A stretch of 64,000 nucleotides of DNA from Fimbriimonadia bacterium. GTDB lineage: Bacteria > Armatimonadota > Fimbriimonadia > Fimbriimonadales > JABRVX01. The stretch's first letter is position 1. Each line of letters begins with the position of its first letter. The position numbers and the translations under genes are program-made. Of the stretch, positions 29,666 through 40,017 are shown one piece after another. The notes under the pieces were generated by a model, which saw only the letters and a list, made by a program, of their open reading frames with translations, was not told where the DNA came from and searched no databases. The stretch lies in contig JBGPGO010000008.1 of the NCBI GenBank assembly GCA_041483895.1, positions 64,001 to 128,000 on the forward strand, read 5' to 3'.

Positions 29666-29680
29666 GGTCGCCTCCCAAGC

Positions 29681-30883
29681 TTAATCTTCGCCGAATTGGT
29701 AGTTCAACGACAGGCTTGTATCCATCCCAGAATGGCGATTTGAGGATCCAAAGTCCAAATTCAGTCCCCAACGGCCATCCAACGGGCGATATCCCAAGCC
29801 GAACGTAAATATATTTTCGTCGCTGAACGTCTGATCGTTCCCGGCTTGATAGCTATGGAACCCAACTCGGACCGGAACAAGGAAGCCATGCAGGCCCAAA
29901 GTGTATTGGAGGCCCAATCCAAAGTTGGTGGCATTGTCTCGCTGATCAGCAAGTCCACTGTTGGACTTGAAGAAGTGGTCAATTTGGGCCGCTCCCACCA
30001 GGAAGTCCGTATTCGAGCCTCGCGGGTTCTCTAGTAAAAGGTAGCTGGCGCCGAACGAGACCTTGGCGGGAACAGTGTCGCCGAAGGCCGCCGCTCCGCC
30101 GAAATCGCGCAGTTTCATCTCGGACCGGTAGGTTACACCCCAGGTGCCCTTCATGGTGTTGAACGGTGACATTACGCCCACCTGAACCCCGAAACCCGTG
30201 CCGGTCTCGTTGATAGTCGATTCAGTCGTGCCGAGGTCATTGTTCGGGTCGTTCGGGTCGACCAGCGTCTCCGAGTGGAAATAATTAAAGTTCTCTTGGA
30301 CGTAGAGCAGGCCGATCCCGAATTGCATGTTGTTTGTTAGCTTGCGAGCGTAGGCAAGTGTGAAGAAATCGACCGAAATCTCGGTATTGTCGATATAGGG
30401 TCGGATTTCGAGATTGCTGTCCGGGTCCCCGCTCGTGAGGCGTGCCGCAAACTTGTTGTTCTCATAGAAGCCGCCTCGCCAATAGGCGATCCCCAGCGTG
30501 CCGCCCGGTCCTTTGCCGTTCTTGCCGAGCGGAAGCGCCAACCCGGCGAATCCAAGCCGCTGATCCCCTGAGCTGCCGGTTGTGCGGGAGGCCGGATTGA
30601 TCACGTTGCCGGCAAGGGTCGTTTGATACGTAGGCAGAGTTCGCATGACGATCGAGAACTCCGGCTTGGAAAGGTATGCCAGTCCTGCCGGATTCCATGC
30701 GGCGGCCGTCACATCGTCGGCAATTGCCGCAAACGCGCCGCCCATGCCATATCCACGACCACCCATGTCGAGCGAGTAGAGCGTATCGCCCGGTTTTTGA
30801 GCCCATACGCCAATCGCGCTCATTCCGATGCCGATCCAGATCGCCTTAAGCGTCCTTGCTTGTCTCATGATAGTTCGCTCCAT
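29681..30883 (-). CDS. PorV/FadL-like outer-membrane beta-barrel protein
   Basis: GGRGYGMGGAFAAIADDVTAAAWNPAGL; alternating beta strands; near-terminal LNYQF. Confidence 0.8.
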   Translation of the reverse strand: MERTIMRQARTLKAIWIGIGMSAIGVWAQKPGDTLYSLDMGGRGYGMGGAFAAIADDVTAAAWNPAGLAYLSKPEFSIVMRTLPTYQTTLAGNVINPASRTTGSSGDQRLGFAGLALPLGKNGKGPGGTLGIAYWRGGFYENNKFAARLTSGDPDSNLEIRPYIDNTEISVDFFTLAYARKLTNNMQFGIGLLYVQENFNYFHSETLVDPNDPNNDLGTTESTINETGTGFGVQVGVMSPFNTMKGTWGVTYRSEMKLRDFGGAAAFGDTVPAKVSFGASYLLLENPRGSNTDFLVGAAQIDHFFKSNSGLADQRDNATNFGLGLQYTLGLHGFLVPVRVGFHSYQAGNDQTFSDENIFTFGLGYRPLDGRWGLNLDFGSSNRHSGMDTSLSLNYQFGED

Positions 30884-30892
30884 TCCTTGGTA

Positions 30893-33292
30893 CTAGAACG
30901 ATACAAAGAACTGCTTCTTTGCGGTCGTTGGGCCGTTGCCGGCCTTATCGGTGGCTGTAACCTCAACGGTATAGGCCGTATTCGACTTGCCCGGGCCCTT
31001 TCCCACATTGACTTGACCCTTCCAGCGGATACCCGTGCCATTCGTGAGCGCGGCGCTGGAAAGAAAGTCCACTTTGGCTACGACATTGTTGTGGGAGTCT
31101 CTGATAACGGCCGTAATCTTCGCGGGATCGAGGCTCTTGTCGCTCAGGTCCTTCACGTCGACGATCACAAGCATGTTCGAGAACGGCGGGATCTTCTGAC
31201 TTTTGAACGGATAAAGGATCGTCAGCGTCGGCGCCGTTCGGTCAATCTGGACGCTGACCGACTGTGTGGCAATATTGCCGGCCTTGTCCGTCGCGGTAAT
31301 CGTTATCGTGTGGTTTCCCTCAGAATAGCCGGTTGTATCCCAGTCGACGCTGATCGCCGATGTGTTTCCGGTGTTTGACGCCAGGTCACCGCCATCTACC
31401 TGGACCTTCCAATTGTCCAAGTTGCTTTCGATGACTTCGCCTGTGATGGAAACCGTGCCGCTGACGAAATCATCTTTGAGCGGCTTGACGTTCTGGATGA
31501 CCGGTGCGGTGTTGTCCACGTTCACGCTTCGACTGAGCGTCGCCACGTTTCCGGCCTTATCCTGGGCGCGGACGTCGATGGTGTGCGGACCGTCCGGGAA
31601 GGTTCGATTGCTGCCCGTCTTGGCCCGCGTGTCCCAGCTCACCGTCAGATTCGAAGAGGTTCCGGTATTGCTCGGGATGTCCACGGAGCCGTCGATCCGG
31701 ACCGTCCATTTGTCCAGATTCGAATCAGTAACGGTTCCCGTGATATCCGTGATTCCCTTCACGAAGGCATCGGCGAGCGGTGCGGTCAGAACGATGGTCG
31801 GACCGGTCTTGTCGATGCTGAAGGTGACAGAGGTCTCGGCAACGTTGCCGGCTTTGTCCGTACCCGACAGCTTCAGATTATGCGAACCTTCCGATAGGAC
31901 GCTTGTGTCGATCGTTGAATTGACCGTGGTCTGGGTTGACGTGGCCGTTCCAAGCCCACTCGTGCCGCCATCGACGGTGAGGTCCCAGTGATCGAAGTTC
32001 GCGTCGGTCGCCGTTCCGGTCACCGTGATGCTGCCGCCTGAAACGGTGGTGCCTGCGGTTGGCGCCGTGAGGTTGACGACCGGCTTCGTATTGTCCGATG
32101 TCACGGTCACCTGGGCGGAACCCTGGTTGCCGGCTTTATCGAAAGCGGTGACCTTTACCGTGTGGCTGCCATCGGAGTAAATCGTGGTGTTCCAGGTGGA
32201 CGCGATGGTCGTCGTTGTCCCGGTACTAGGCGTCAGACCGGACGTGCCGCCGTCCACCGTTACGTTGTAGTGGTCCAGATTCGTCTCATTGATTGTTCCG
32301 TCGATGTTGACGGTACCTTTGACAAATCCGCTGCTGATGGGCGTAATCGCAAAGTTGACCGCCGGACCGATATTGTCCAGCGTGAAATTGCGAATTACCC
32401 TGTTTTCGTTTCCGGAAGCGTCGACGAGGAGCAGGGTTAAGGCGCGGGAGCCGTCTGGCACGCCCAGCGCAACCGTATCCCACGTGAGGTCAATGGTCTG
32501 GTTCGACCCTACTCCTGTGAATAGATTCGCCCCCAGGTCAGTTGTGACCGTCGTCGTCGCGCCCGCATCCGGGTGATGGGAGTCGCCCTTGATGCTGATC
32601 GTTCCCTTCAAACCGGCGCCTTCCGTCGGCGCTGTCAGCCGGACAACAGGATTGGTAACGTTCTTGACGGTTAAACTTCGGGTAATGGTGGACTGGTCAC
32701 CAAAGCTGTTGGTAACTGTCAATACAACAGTATGCGCGCCATCGCTAAGCACCGTTGAGTTGAGATCGGCGTTGATGCTGCCGGCCGAGCCGGAGGCCGC
32801 ATTGGAAGTGCCGTCCCAGCGAAGGGTCCAACCGTCGCCTGCCTGGCCTTTCGCCCGTACCAGGCCGCCAACCGTGGCCGTATCCGTGGGATTTGTGAGC
32901 TTAATGTAAGTAGCGTTGTTGACGATGAGGCTGGTTACGCTGTTTTGGCCACTCGACGGAACGGTGTCGGTGGCTGTCACTCGGATCTCCCAGTCGCTGT
33001 CGTCGGGGAATCCGCCCGCGTCCGTGTTCCATGTGGTGTTCACTGTGCCGTTCGTCTGCGATCCCGTCGAGACCTGGGTGTATCCAACGGCTTGGTTGGT
33101 GGATTTGACTTCCACAACCAAGTTCATGGTGCCGACGCCGCCACTCAAAGTGAACGTGATCTTGGCGGTCCCGCCGATCTTTCCACCAGTTGTCGGGTTA
33201 TTAATCGTTACGGACGGGATGGCTAGCGCGAGCGACGGAATCAGCGCCACCAGCGTAAGCCACAGATTTCGTACGTGCCTTCCTTTGGCCAT
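30893..33292 (-). CDS. Secreted bacterial Ig-like (Big) repeat protein
   Basis: About 8 repeats of WDT...DGxHT...AxDKAGN...DNTxP; signal peptide; AGGAGG RBS. Confidence 0.88.
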   Translation of the reverse strand: MAKGRHVRNLWLTLVALIPSLALAIPSVTINNPTTGGKIGGTAKITFTLSGGVGTMNLVVEVKSTNQAVGYTQVSTGSQTNGTVNTTWNTDAGGFPDDSDWEIRVTATDTVPSSGQNSVTSLIVNNATYIKLTNPTDTATVGGLVRAKGQAGDGWTLRWDGTSNAASGSAGSINADLNSTVLSDGAHTVVLTVTNSFGDQSTITRSLTVKNVTNPVVRLTAPTEGAGLKGTISIKGDSHHPDAGATTTVTTDLGANLFTGVGSNQTIDLTWDTVALGVPDGSRALTLLLVDASGNENRVIRNFTLDNIGPAVNFAITPISSGFVKGTVNIDGTINETNLDHYNVTVDGGTSGLTPSTGTTTTIASTWNTTIYSDGSHTVKVTAFDKAGNQGSAQVTVTSDNTKPVVNLTAPTAGTTVSGGSITVTGTATDANFDHWDLTVDGGTSGLGTATSTQTTVNSTIDTSVLSEGSHNLKLSGTDKAGNVAETSVTFSIDKTGPTIVLTAPLADAFVKGITDITGTVTDSNLDKWTVRIDGSVDIPSNTGTSSNLTVSWDTRAKTGSNRTFPDGPHTIDVRAQDKAGNVATLSRSVNVDNTAPVIQNVKPLKDDFVSGTVSITGEVIESNLDNWKVQVDGGDLASNTGNTSAISVDWDTTGYSEGNHTITITATDKAGNIATQSVSVQIDRTAPTLTILYPFKSQKIPPFSNMLVIVDVKDLSDKSLDPAKITAVIRDSHNNVVAKVDFLSSAALTNGTGIRWKGQVNVGKGPGKSNTAYTVEVTATDKAGNGPTTAKKQFFVSF

Positions 33293-33562
33293 TAGCTCAA
33301 CTCCTCCTGGTTCGGTTCTCCGACAATCGTCTAGTTCGACTTCGCCTGGGACAGAGAAACCCCTGCGGGTTTACCCAAATTTGTGAATAAATGGCAATAA
33401 CTGCTCGAAGTTGTTATCGGTAGACCTTGGAGTAGTTCTTTAGGTTTGAACGGGACGGTTACCTCGTGATTTGCGGTACAGTAAAGTGAACGTAATAGGT
33501 GTCGTCCAGCGTTCGAAGGGATCGGATGCGGACGCATTTTCGAGAATAGGGAGGAAAAATCG

Positions 33563-34207
33563 TTGAAATCTATCAATAAGATGCTTGCTGTCGTTGCTGT
33601 GGCGGCCGTCTCGATATCGGCATTTAGCCAGAGCATTGTCGCGAAAGACGACTGCACGGCTTGCAAATGGCTTGGCGACTTCATGTCGAAGTCCATGGCG
33701 CGCGGTATCACCGACGATATGGTCGTCCTGAAAAACGGCACGGCCTGGTTCTTCTTTGGCAAGACCGCGGCGGATGCCCAGTGGGTAGTGACCCAGTTCG
33801 AAGCCTTCGACAAGGCTGTTGCGGCTCCTGACGCCAAGTTCTGTGCGGACTGTACCGTGTTCGCGAATTTCGCGATGAACAAGGCGACCGTACAGGAAGT
33901 TACCAAGACGAAGACAGGCGCCATTTTCACGTTGGTCAATTCGGACAAAGCGGTCGCGGCTCCGTTCGTCAAGAAGATCACCGCAATGATGGCCGCTGAG
34001 AAGGCCGGCGCAGCCGAACCGACCGGTGGCACGAAGGCCGTCACCGTGTTCTTGGCCAAGGGTGATGGCATCACGACCTGTCCGGTTACCGGCCAACCGG
34101 TGAACAAGAACGTCAGCGCCGTCATTTTCGGCAAGACCATCTACTTCTGCTGTGGCAACTGCCCGGCAAAGGTCCAGGTCAACCCCGAGGCGTACGTCAA
34201 GAAGTAA
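33563..34207 (+). CDS. Secreted Cys-rich protein with C-terminal YHS-like domain
   Basis: Signal peptide; CTAC and CADC; CPVTGQPV...YFCCGNC; GGGAGG RBS. Confidence 0.7.
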   Translation: MKSINKMLAVVAVAAVSISAFSQSIVAKDDCTACKWLGDFMSKSMARGITDDMVVLKNGTAWFFFGKTAADAQWVVTQFEAFDKAVAAPDAKFCADCTVFANFAMNKATVQEVTKTKTGAIFTLVNSDKAVAAPFVKKITAMMAAEKAGAAEPTGGTKAVTVFLAKGDGITTCPVTGQPVNKNVSAVIFGKTIYFCCGNCPAKVQVNPEAYVKK

Positions 34208-34214
34208 TTCTGTC

Positions 34215-34423
34215 CCCTTCACAATAGGGATTGTGAAGGGAAACTGAATCCAGCCCCTTCACAGTACGACTGTGAAGGGATATCTGCTCGAATGTCGCTA
34301 TCTCCCTTCACAATCCCTATTGTGAAGGGAGAATTGGTTTCCGTTGATCGACGATGCGATCGTCAGGGAAAAGGAAACCCGCGCAGAAAAAGGAAATCCC
34401 CTCACAGTCCGACTGTGAGGGGA
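34215..34423. repeat. Intergenic palindrome mosaic between convergent genes
   Basis: Units at 34215-34240, 34255-34279, 34301-34332, 34350-34365 and 34397-34423; same families as in dnaE2. Confidence 0.9.
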
Positions 34424-34430
34424 CGTTTAC

Positions 34431-37400
34431 CTACTTGCTGACCACAAGGGACTGGGGCGGGGAATAGGTGACGTTCTCCGGATTGTAGTACTCGTACACC
34501 TTGCTTGCCGGAGTGCGCGCGCGGAGCGGGTACTTCGCCTTCATCCGATAGGAGAACGTGACCGACTTGCCCTTCTCCAACTTGTCGAAGTACAGGATCG
34601 CCTGTCGGCCGGTCAGACTGAACTTCTGTATCTTTTTGGAAGACACGAGTTCGGCCAGGTCGCCGGCGATCACATCGAATCCGGGCGGCGTTCCGAGGTC
34701 CACAATCACCATGTTCGCCGCCACGCCGGGACCGTTGTAGATCACCCGAACATTGGAAGTCACGATGTCGTCTTTCGCCAGCTCATGCTTGTCGAAGTTG
34801 ACGTCGATATCCATCTCCTTCTTTTGGTCCGTGGCCTTGGCGCTCCATGGCGCATAGTAGATGCCGGTGATCTGATACATCGGCGTGCCCTTGCCCGCGT
34901 ACTCGATCCGCACTTCGTTCGCGCCGCCCTCCACGTATTGTTTGGCATCGAACTGCCGCACCACATCATAATCTTCCGGCGTGATGACGAAGGTGCCAAC
35001 CACCTTGTTGTTGACCAGCACGCGCCCCTCGCCGTTCATCTCTTTGCCTGCGGTCTTCATCGCGGTAATGAGGGCCTTTAGCGCGAACACGGTGGCTTGG
35101 GTCGAGTACCAGGTGCCGCTCGGGTCCTTGGACGAAATCAGGAATCCGATGCCCTTGTTGATCACGTCCGTGTGCCCGCCGGCCTTCATCAGCGCCAGCA
35201 GCGCGAGGGCGGTGGTCTCCACGTCGCCCGACTTGCCGCGGCTGTAAACCAATGTCTCGGTCTCGGAGTTGAAGTAGATCTTCTCTCTGTCGCGCTTCAT
35301 TGTCGCCAGCAGCATTTCGATGGCATTTGTTTTCTGCCCGGCGGCCAGTTGCGCGTTGGCGGTAAGGGCCAGCGCGTAGGCGTCGTTGACGCCTTTCAAG
35401 TTGCCGTTGAGCCATGCCAGCGCCTTCATCAAGGACGGGGACCTGCTGCCGCTTTCGGCCATTGCCCAGGCGATGTAGGCGGTGGTCTTGAACACGTCGT
35501 TCTGCCGATTGATCGCGCCTTCCGCGATGCCGCCCTGATCCGGATTCCAACTGCCGTTGCCGTTCTGTTTGGACTCGAGCCAGGATTGCGTCCGAGCCAG
35601 AAGCGCCGGATCGATGTTGTACACCTTGGCCATGTCTGAGAATTCCAGCAGGCCATAGGCTGTGAGGACCTTGTTGGCGGGCGCGTTCCCGAACCATTCG
35701 AATCCGCCGCCCTTGACCTCGAAACTGAGCAGCCGCTGGTAGCCCAGATTGATGTACTGCTCCGCCTTCATCTGAATCTCCGGCGTGATCTGCTTGGTCT
35801 GCTTCATGTAGTCCAACACCATCACGTTCGGATACGTGCTCGAGCTGGTCTGCTCGAAGCAGCCGCCCGGCATTTGGAATATCTTGTCCATTCCTTCCAG
35901 CACGGTCGCCATCAGGCCGGGATAGATTTTCACAATGACATTGGATGCGTCATTGATCGCGTTGTTCGGGAAGTCCACGGTCTTCTCGACTACGCCTCCC
36001 AGACGGTCGCTGAAACCGATGGTCTCGCGCCGACCGTCCGGCAGCACGTCGATCTCGCGGGTCATGGCATCCGACAGCCGGTCGCCTTTCGCCCGCACGA
36101 TCAGCTTGTGGCGGCCGAGACCGGTGACCTTGAAGCGGAAATAGACGGCGCGCACATCATTGGCGCCCATCGTCACAGATTGCGTGCGATCGCTGAGGAA
36201 TTCCATGCCGCCGCTCGATTCAATCTCCAGCGCGACGGTCTGCTTGCCCGGCAGGTAGTTGTAGACGGCAACCGGGATGCTCACCTCGTCGTTCTGCGTC
36301 AGCGCCACGGGGAGGTCTATGTCCACAAAGAAGTCCTGGAACACCTTGATCGGAGCGGTGGCGGAACCCATTTCGCCGTTGCGATTGACAGCGCTTAGGG
36401 TCGCGCGCCACGTCGTGATGGAGTCGGCCATGGGTACTTCAATCGTTGCTTTGCCAGTTTCGTCGGTGATGATGGCAGGGTTCCAATAGAGGGTTTCGGG
36501 GAAGTACTGCCGCATGCGCGGCTCTTGCGCGCCGCCCTGCTTTTTCTCGTCAACGGACCCATTGAAATTTGTCTTGCCCGCTGTTTCCCGCAGCAACATT
36601 CCTTCCGCAGCCGGTTTCGCGGCATTGGCGACCATTCCCAATCTTTCCTCGCCGGCAAATTCACCTCCACCGCCACCGAAGCCTCCGGCGCGGCCGCCGT
36701 CTTTGAACATTGTACGGATTCCGAAATCCCGATCTACTTCAATGGACGCGTACACAGCGGTGTATCCGCCAGGCGTATAGACGTAGGCGGCGATGTCATC
36801 AATCGTGTCGAATCGACCGTCAATCCCCGCCGACTGGATCGTGACGCCGGTATACCCGTCAGCAACCTGACCGCTGCCATTCCATACGTATCGCGGGATG
36901 CCGGCGAATCGATAGACGTGGCCCCATTGATCCTTGAGATCCGCCTGCGAAATCCAACCCCTTTGAACGCAGAGTCGCCAATCGGACTCTGTCATCGGGA
37001 CTCGGTGCTGTTCGGCGAAAGTCTTGCCCGTTTTCACAGAATATCGGGCCACAAATTGCTCTGTCGCGGATCGATAGGCTTCCGTCTTTGACTGGAGACG
37101 ATTCTTCCACTCTTGGAGGAACGGCTCGATCTTCTTGGCATAGCTGTTTTGCATGATCCCGGGCACGCCAACCGGTTCGGCTTGCGCGAACAGAGCTTTG
37201 GCCGCAAGCTGCGTGCCACCCGTATACTTGGCCGGCTCAAACATTCGTTCCGGCGTGATCGAGTGGATCTCATACCTGGGATGCAGCAGCTCCTGCTCCA
37301 AAAGGAAGTAGACGCGTTCCATGCCCGGATGCATCTCCTGCAGCGCAAACACGCTCTCGTCCACGATGCTGAGACCGATGGCGGACGCCCCCCGGCGGCC

Positions 37401-39137
37401 AACCTGGAGGACGAGCTTGGCGTTCTCGCCGGGGCGGTACGTCTGTTTGTCAGTCGTAATCGTTACGGCCAGATCGGTGGATGGAGAGACGAAAACCACA
37501 CGGCTGTCCCGAACAATCTGTCCCGCATAACTCAGACGATAGGCATGGATCCGAAGGGTGCCGGCAAGGTCTTCGGTCGGAGAAAACGTGATGCCCGCGA
37601 CCCCGCGCGAATCGGCGCGGGCGGTGCGCGTCAGCACGGTACGGCCGTCTTTGATAACGTCGAAATAGATGGTGCCGGTGGGGTCCGGCGTGGTGAGGCG
37701 GGCCTCGCAATAGAGCGGCCTGCCGGCGCGCACAAGAGAGGTGGCGGTGCGGAGGAGGATGCCGTCCGGCATCGCGTCCATCAGCACGTTGACCGTCGCC
37801 TTGCCTTCATTTCCCGCCTGGTCATGGCCGACGACGGAGACAGATTGGTTGGAGCCGGGACCGCCTACGAACACGCCGCGCGGAACACGGATCTCAACCA
37901 ATCCAGAGTCGTCCGTGATCCATTCCTGCTGTGCGAACCGTCCGTCGGGACCGGCCAGGCGCAATCGCGCGCCCGGAACCGGCTGCCCGTCCGGGGTGCT
38001 GGCGATCGCATAGAAGCCCATGTCCATCCCTGGGAGCATCGTTTTGCGCTCTGGGATCAGATTCAACAGGAGGGCCGAACCGGCGACCGGGACGGTCTTG
38101 GACATCGTCTGCTCGTGGTCCGCCGTGTCTGTCACCTTGACATCGATCTTGACCATGCCGGCGCCTTGGTCCAGCGGCTGGCCGACGAAGTGAGCGGGAA
38201 GGGTCTGATCGAAGTGGAAATGGCCCTCACCGTCGGTCTTTCCGCTGACGGTGGCAAATTCTGAGAATGTCACGTCGTAGGTAGAAAGCTTGACCTCGAC
38301 AGTGCCGCCGACGACGGGCTTGCCAAAGATGTAGTCGGTGTTGATATTGCCGCTCATCGCCTGACCGGGGGTGTAATATTCGTGGTCGGTCTTGACGGCG
38401 ATTTTGAACTTGGGCAGCACGTATCGATCGACGGTAACCGTTTTTTCCTCATCCGTGTTGCCGACCGTGGTGCGAATCTTGTACTGGCCCATGCTGATTT
38501 CGTCGGCCAATTGGAAGTCAGCGGAGACGATGCCGAACGGCGAGGTCTTGCCGATCTTCTTGAACACCTTGTTGCCTTTGGCATCTTCAATCTCCAGGGT
38601 CGTGTCGGTGTTCGCGGCGGGGCGTTTGTTGCCCGTCCACAAAGACAAAGCCCGGATGTGTATCATCTGTCCGGGCTGGTAAATCGGTTTGTCGGTTGTT
38701 ATCAGAATGCTTACCGGTTGCTGTACGATAACGGGCGATTCTAGTTGGTCGGTTTCGCCAATCGCGTCCACGCGGACCAGCATCGTGTAGTTTCCGGCTG
38801 GGACGCTCGGTGTGGTGAAGTCGGCGCTGGCGATGCCGTCGTTGCCGGTTCGGCCGGCGAAAAGGGCGTACTCTTTCCCCTTTTGGTCCTTTAGCCGAAT
38901 GTTGACCTGGGCGTTTTTCAGCTCTTCATTCGCCAAGTGATCGCGGCAGGAGACGCGCAGCGACGAGGCGCTGTCGGCGAGAAGGATGTTGGAGCCTAAT
39001 ATAACGGTTTCCAACCGTGGAACTTCGGAGGAGCCGAGGCCGGGCAGCAATACCGACGCGGCCGCCAAAAACGTGAAAAGAGTGACCTGCCACACTCGGC
39101 GTCGGATGCGGCTAATTTTGTGCATATTTGAGTCCAT
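34431..39137 (-). CDS. Alpha-2-macroglobulin family protein with thioester motif
   Basis: TTDKPIYQPG, DESVFAL, RQYFPETLYW, DSITTW, GCFEQ, GTWYSTQAT, VYEYYNPE. Confidence 0.93.
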   Translation of the reverse strand: MDSNMHKISRIRRRVWQVTLFTFLAAASVLLPGLGSSEVPRLETVILGSNILLADSASSLRVSCRDHLANEELKNAQVNIRLKDQKGKEYALFAGRTGNDGIASADFTTPSVPAGNYTMLVRVDAIGETDQLESPVIVQQPVSILITTDKPIYQPGQMIHIRALSLWTGNKRPAANTDTTLEIEDAKGNKVFKKIGKTSPFGIVSADFQLADEISMGQYKIRTTVGNTDEEKTVTVDRYVLPKFKIAVKTDHEYYTPGQAMSGNINTDYIFGKPVVGGTVEVKLSTYDVTFSEFATVSGKTDGEGHFHFDQTLPAHFVGQPLDQGAGMVKIDVKVTDTADHEQTMSKTVPVAGSALLLNLIPERKTMLPGMDMGFYAIASTPDGQPVPGARLRLAGPDGRFAQQEWITDDSGLVEIRVPRGVFVGGPGSNQSVSVVGHDQAGNEGKATVNVLMDAMPDGILLRTATSLVRAGRPLYCEARLTTPDPTGTIYFDVIKDGRTVLTRTARADSRGVAGITFSPTEDLAGTLRIHAYRLSYAGQIVRDSRVVFVSPSTDLAVTITTDKQTYRPGENAKLVLQVGRRGASAIGLSIVDESVFALQEMHPGMERVYFLLEQELLHPRYEIHSITPERMFEPAKYTGGTQLAAKALFAQAEPVGVPGIMQNSYAKKIEPFLQEWKNRLQSKTEAYRSATEQFVARYSVKTGKTFAEQHRVPMTESDWRLCVQRGWISQADLKDQWGHVYRFAGIPRYVWNGSGQVADGYTGVTIQSAGIDGRFDTIDDIAAYVYTPGGYTAVYASIEVDRDFGIRTMFKDGGRAGGFGGGGGEFAGEERLGMVANAAKPAAEGMLLRETAGKTNFNGSVDEKKQGGAQEPRMRQYFPETLYWNPAIITDETGKATIEVPMADSITTWRATLSAVNRNGEMGSATAPIKVFQDFFVDIDLPVALTQNDEVSIPVAVYNYLPGKQTVALEIESSGGMEFLSDRTQSVTMGANDVRAVYFRFKVTGLGRHKLIVRAKGDRLSDAMTREIDVLPDGRRETIGFSDRLGGVVEKTVDFPNNAINDASNVIVKIYPGLMATVLEGMDKIFQMPGGCFEQTSSSTYPNVMVLDYMKQTKQITPEIQMKAEQYINLGYQRLLSFEVKGGGFEWFGNAPANKVLTAYGLLEFSDMAKVYNIDPALLARTQSWLESKQNGNGSWNPDQGGIAEGAINRQNDVFKTTAYIAWAMAESGSRSPSLMKALAWLNGNLKGVNDAYALALTANAQLAAGQKTNAIEMLLATMKRDREKIYFNSETETLVYSRGKSGDVETTALALLALMKAGGHTDVINKGIGFLISSKDPSGTWYSTQATVFALKALITAMKTAGKEMNGEGRVLVNNKVVGTFVITPEDYDVVRQFDAKQYVEGGANEVRIEYAGKGTPMYQITGIYYAPWSAKATDQKKEMDIDVNFDKHELAKDDIVTSNVRVIYNGPGVAANMVIVDLGTPPGFDVIAGDLAELVSSKKIQKFSLTGRQAILYFDKLEKGKSVTFSYRMKAKYPLRARTPASKVYEYYNPENVTYSPPQSLVVSK

Positions 39138-39209
39138 AGAAACTTCCTCTAACAGGGAGCTAGAGCCTTGCTTGCTAGTTAGAAGCTTGGGAGCAGAGAC
39201 AGGTTACAC

Positions 39210-39496
39210 GTAGTCGCGGGCCAGCTTGCCGATACCCTTCCGTCCACCAACTCCAGGGGCCCGCGTTGGACCACGGCGGATGTGGAAAAACTGTTGGATA
39301 TCGGATATTTCGCCCCTCGCACGCGGGACATATGGTCGGCAATCCGATGCGGTATCACAATGCTGTCCCGCGCCTACAAAACATGGCCATTCCGTTATTC
39401 GGTATCCCTTCACAGTCGCACTGTGAAGGGTGCCGCTGTGTTGGGGTCCTCGTCTACCGAATCATGACTCTCGCCATCAGCCCCAGACCCCAACAC
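39210..39496. repeat. Intergenic palindrome cluster
   Basis: GTAG-type arms (39210 GTAGTCGCGGGCC; ~39364 GTCCCGCGCCTAC), perfect CCCTTCACAGTCGCACTGTGAAGGG 39406-39430, fixed-spacer IR 39438-39496. Confidence 0.85.
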
Positions 39497-39507
39497 AATG
39501 CGTGGGC

Positions 39508-40017
39508 CTAATCATCCCTGTACTTCCATCGAAACAGCCAAATGAGGAAAAGGCCGAAGCCGATGCACATCACCGGCCAGAACATGGCCTGATACCAGGG
39601 ACCGGTTCTGTAAAAGTGACCATATCTTCCCGGCATGTAGTAGGTGAACACGCCGTCGATGTTGGTGCGCACATAATGTTGGATGTACGCCGCAGCGATC
39701 ACGAGGCCCGCGAGGATCGAAACGACACCGGAGGCGATCCCGACGACATACCCGGCCTGATATTGCCGCTCGCTTGCCTCAACCTCACTCCAACTCGCAT
39801 CGACGACCGGCGTTCGCTTCTGGACCCGAAACTTGAGGTCCTCGATCTGCATCGAGGACGGATGCCGCGCCGCCAGCACGTGCAGCATCCGCTCGGCCTC
39901 GTCGTACTTCCCCTTGGCAGCGAGCGATCGCACAACGGCCAATTCGGCGTCAAGCTCTTCCATTTGACTCATCCGTTTGCGGTTTTGACCGGAGGAGCTG
40001 ATTTGGCGGGACGTCAA
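39508..40017 (-). CDS. Small membrane protein, hypothetical (true start probably internal)
   Basis: Helical N-terminal part and two hydrophobic segments. Confidence 0.55.
   Translation of the reverse strand: MTSRQISSSGQNRKRMSQMEELDAELAVVRSLAAKGKYDEAERMLHVLAARHPSSMQIEDLKFRVQKRTPVVDASWSEVEASERQYQAGYVVGIASGVVSILAGLVIAAAYIQHYVRTNIDGVFTYYMPGRYGHFYRTGPWYQAMFWPVMCIGFGLFLIWLFRWKYRDD

Noticed and set aside
33293..33562. Riboswitch upstream of the Ig-repeat operon
   Set aside because: No c-di-GMP, c-di-AMP or other consensus recognisable by eye.
33563..34207. c-type cytochrome
   Set aside because: CxxC motifs are not followed by His.
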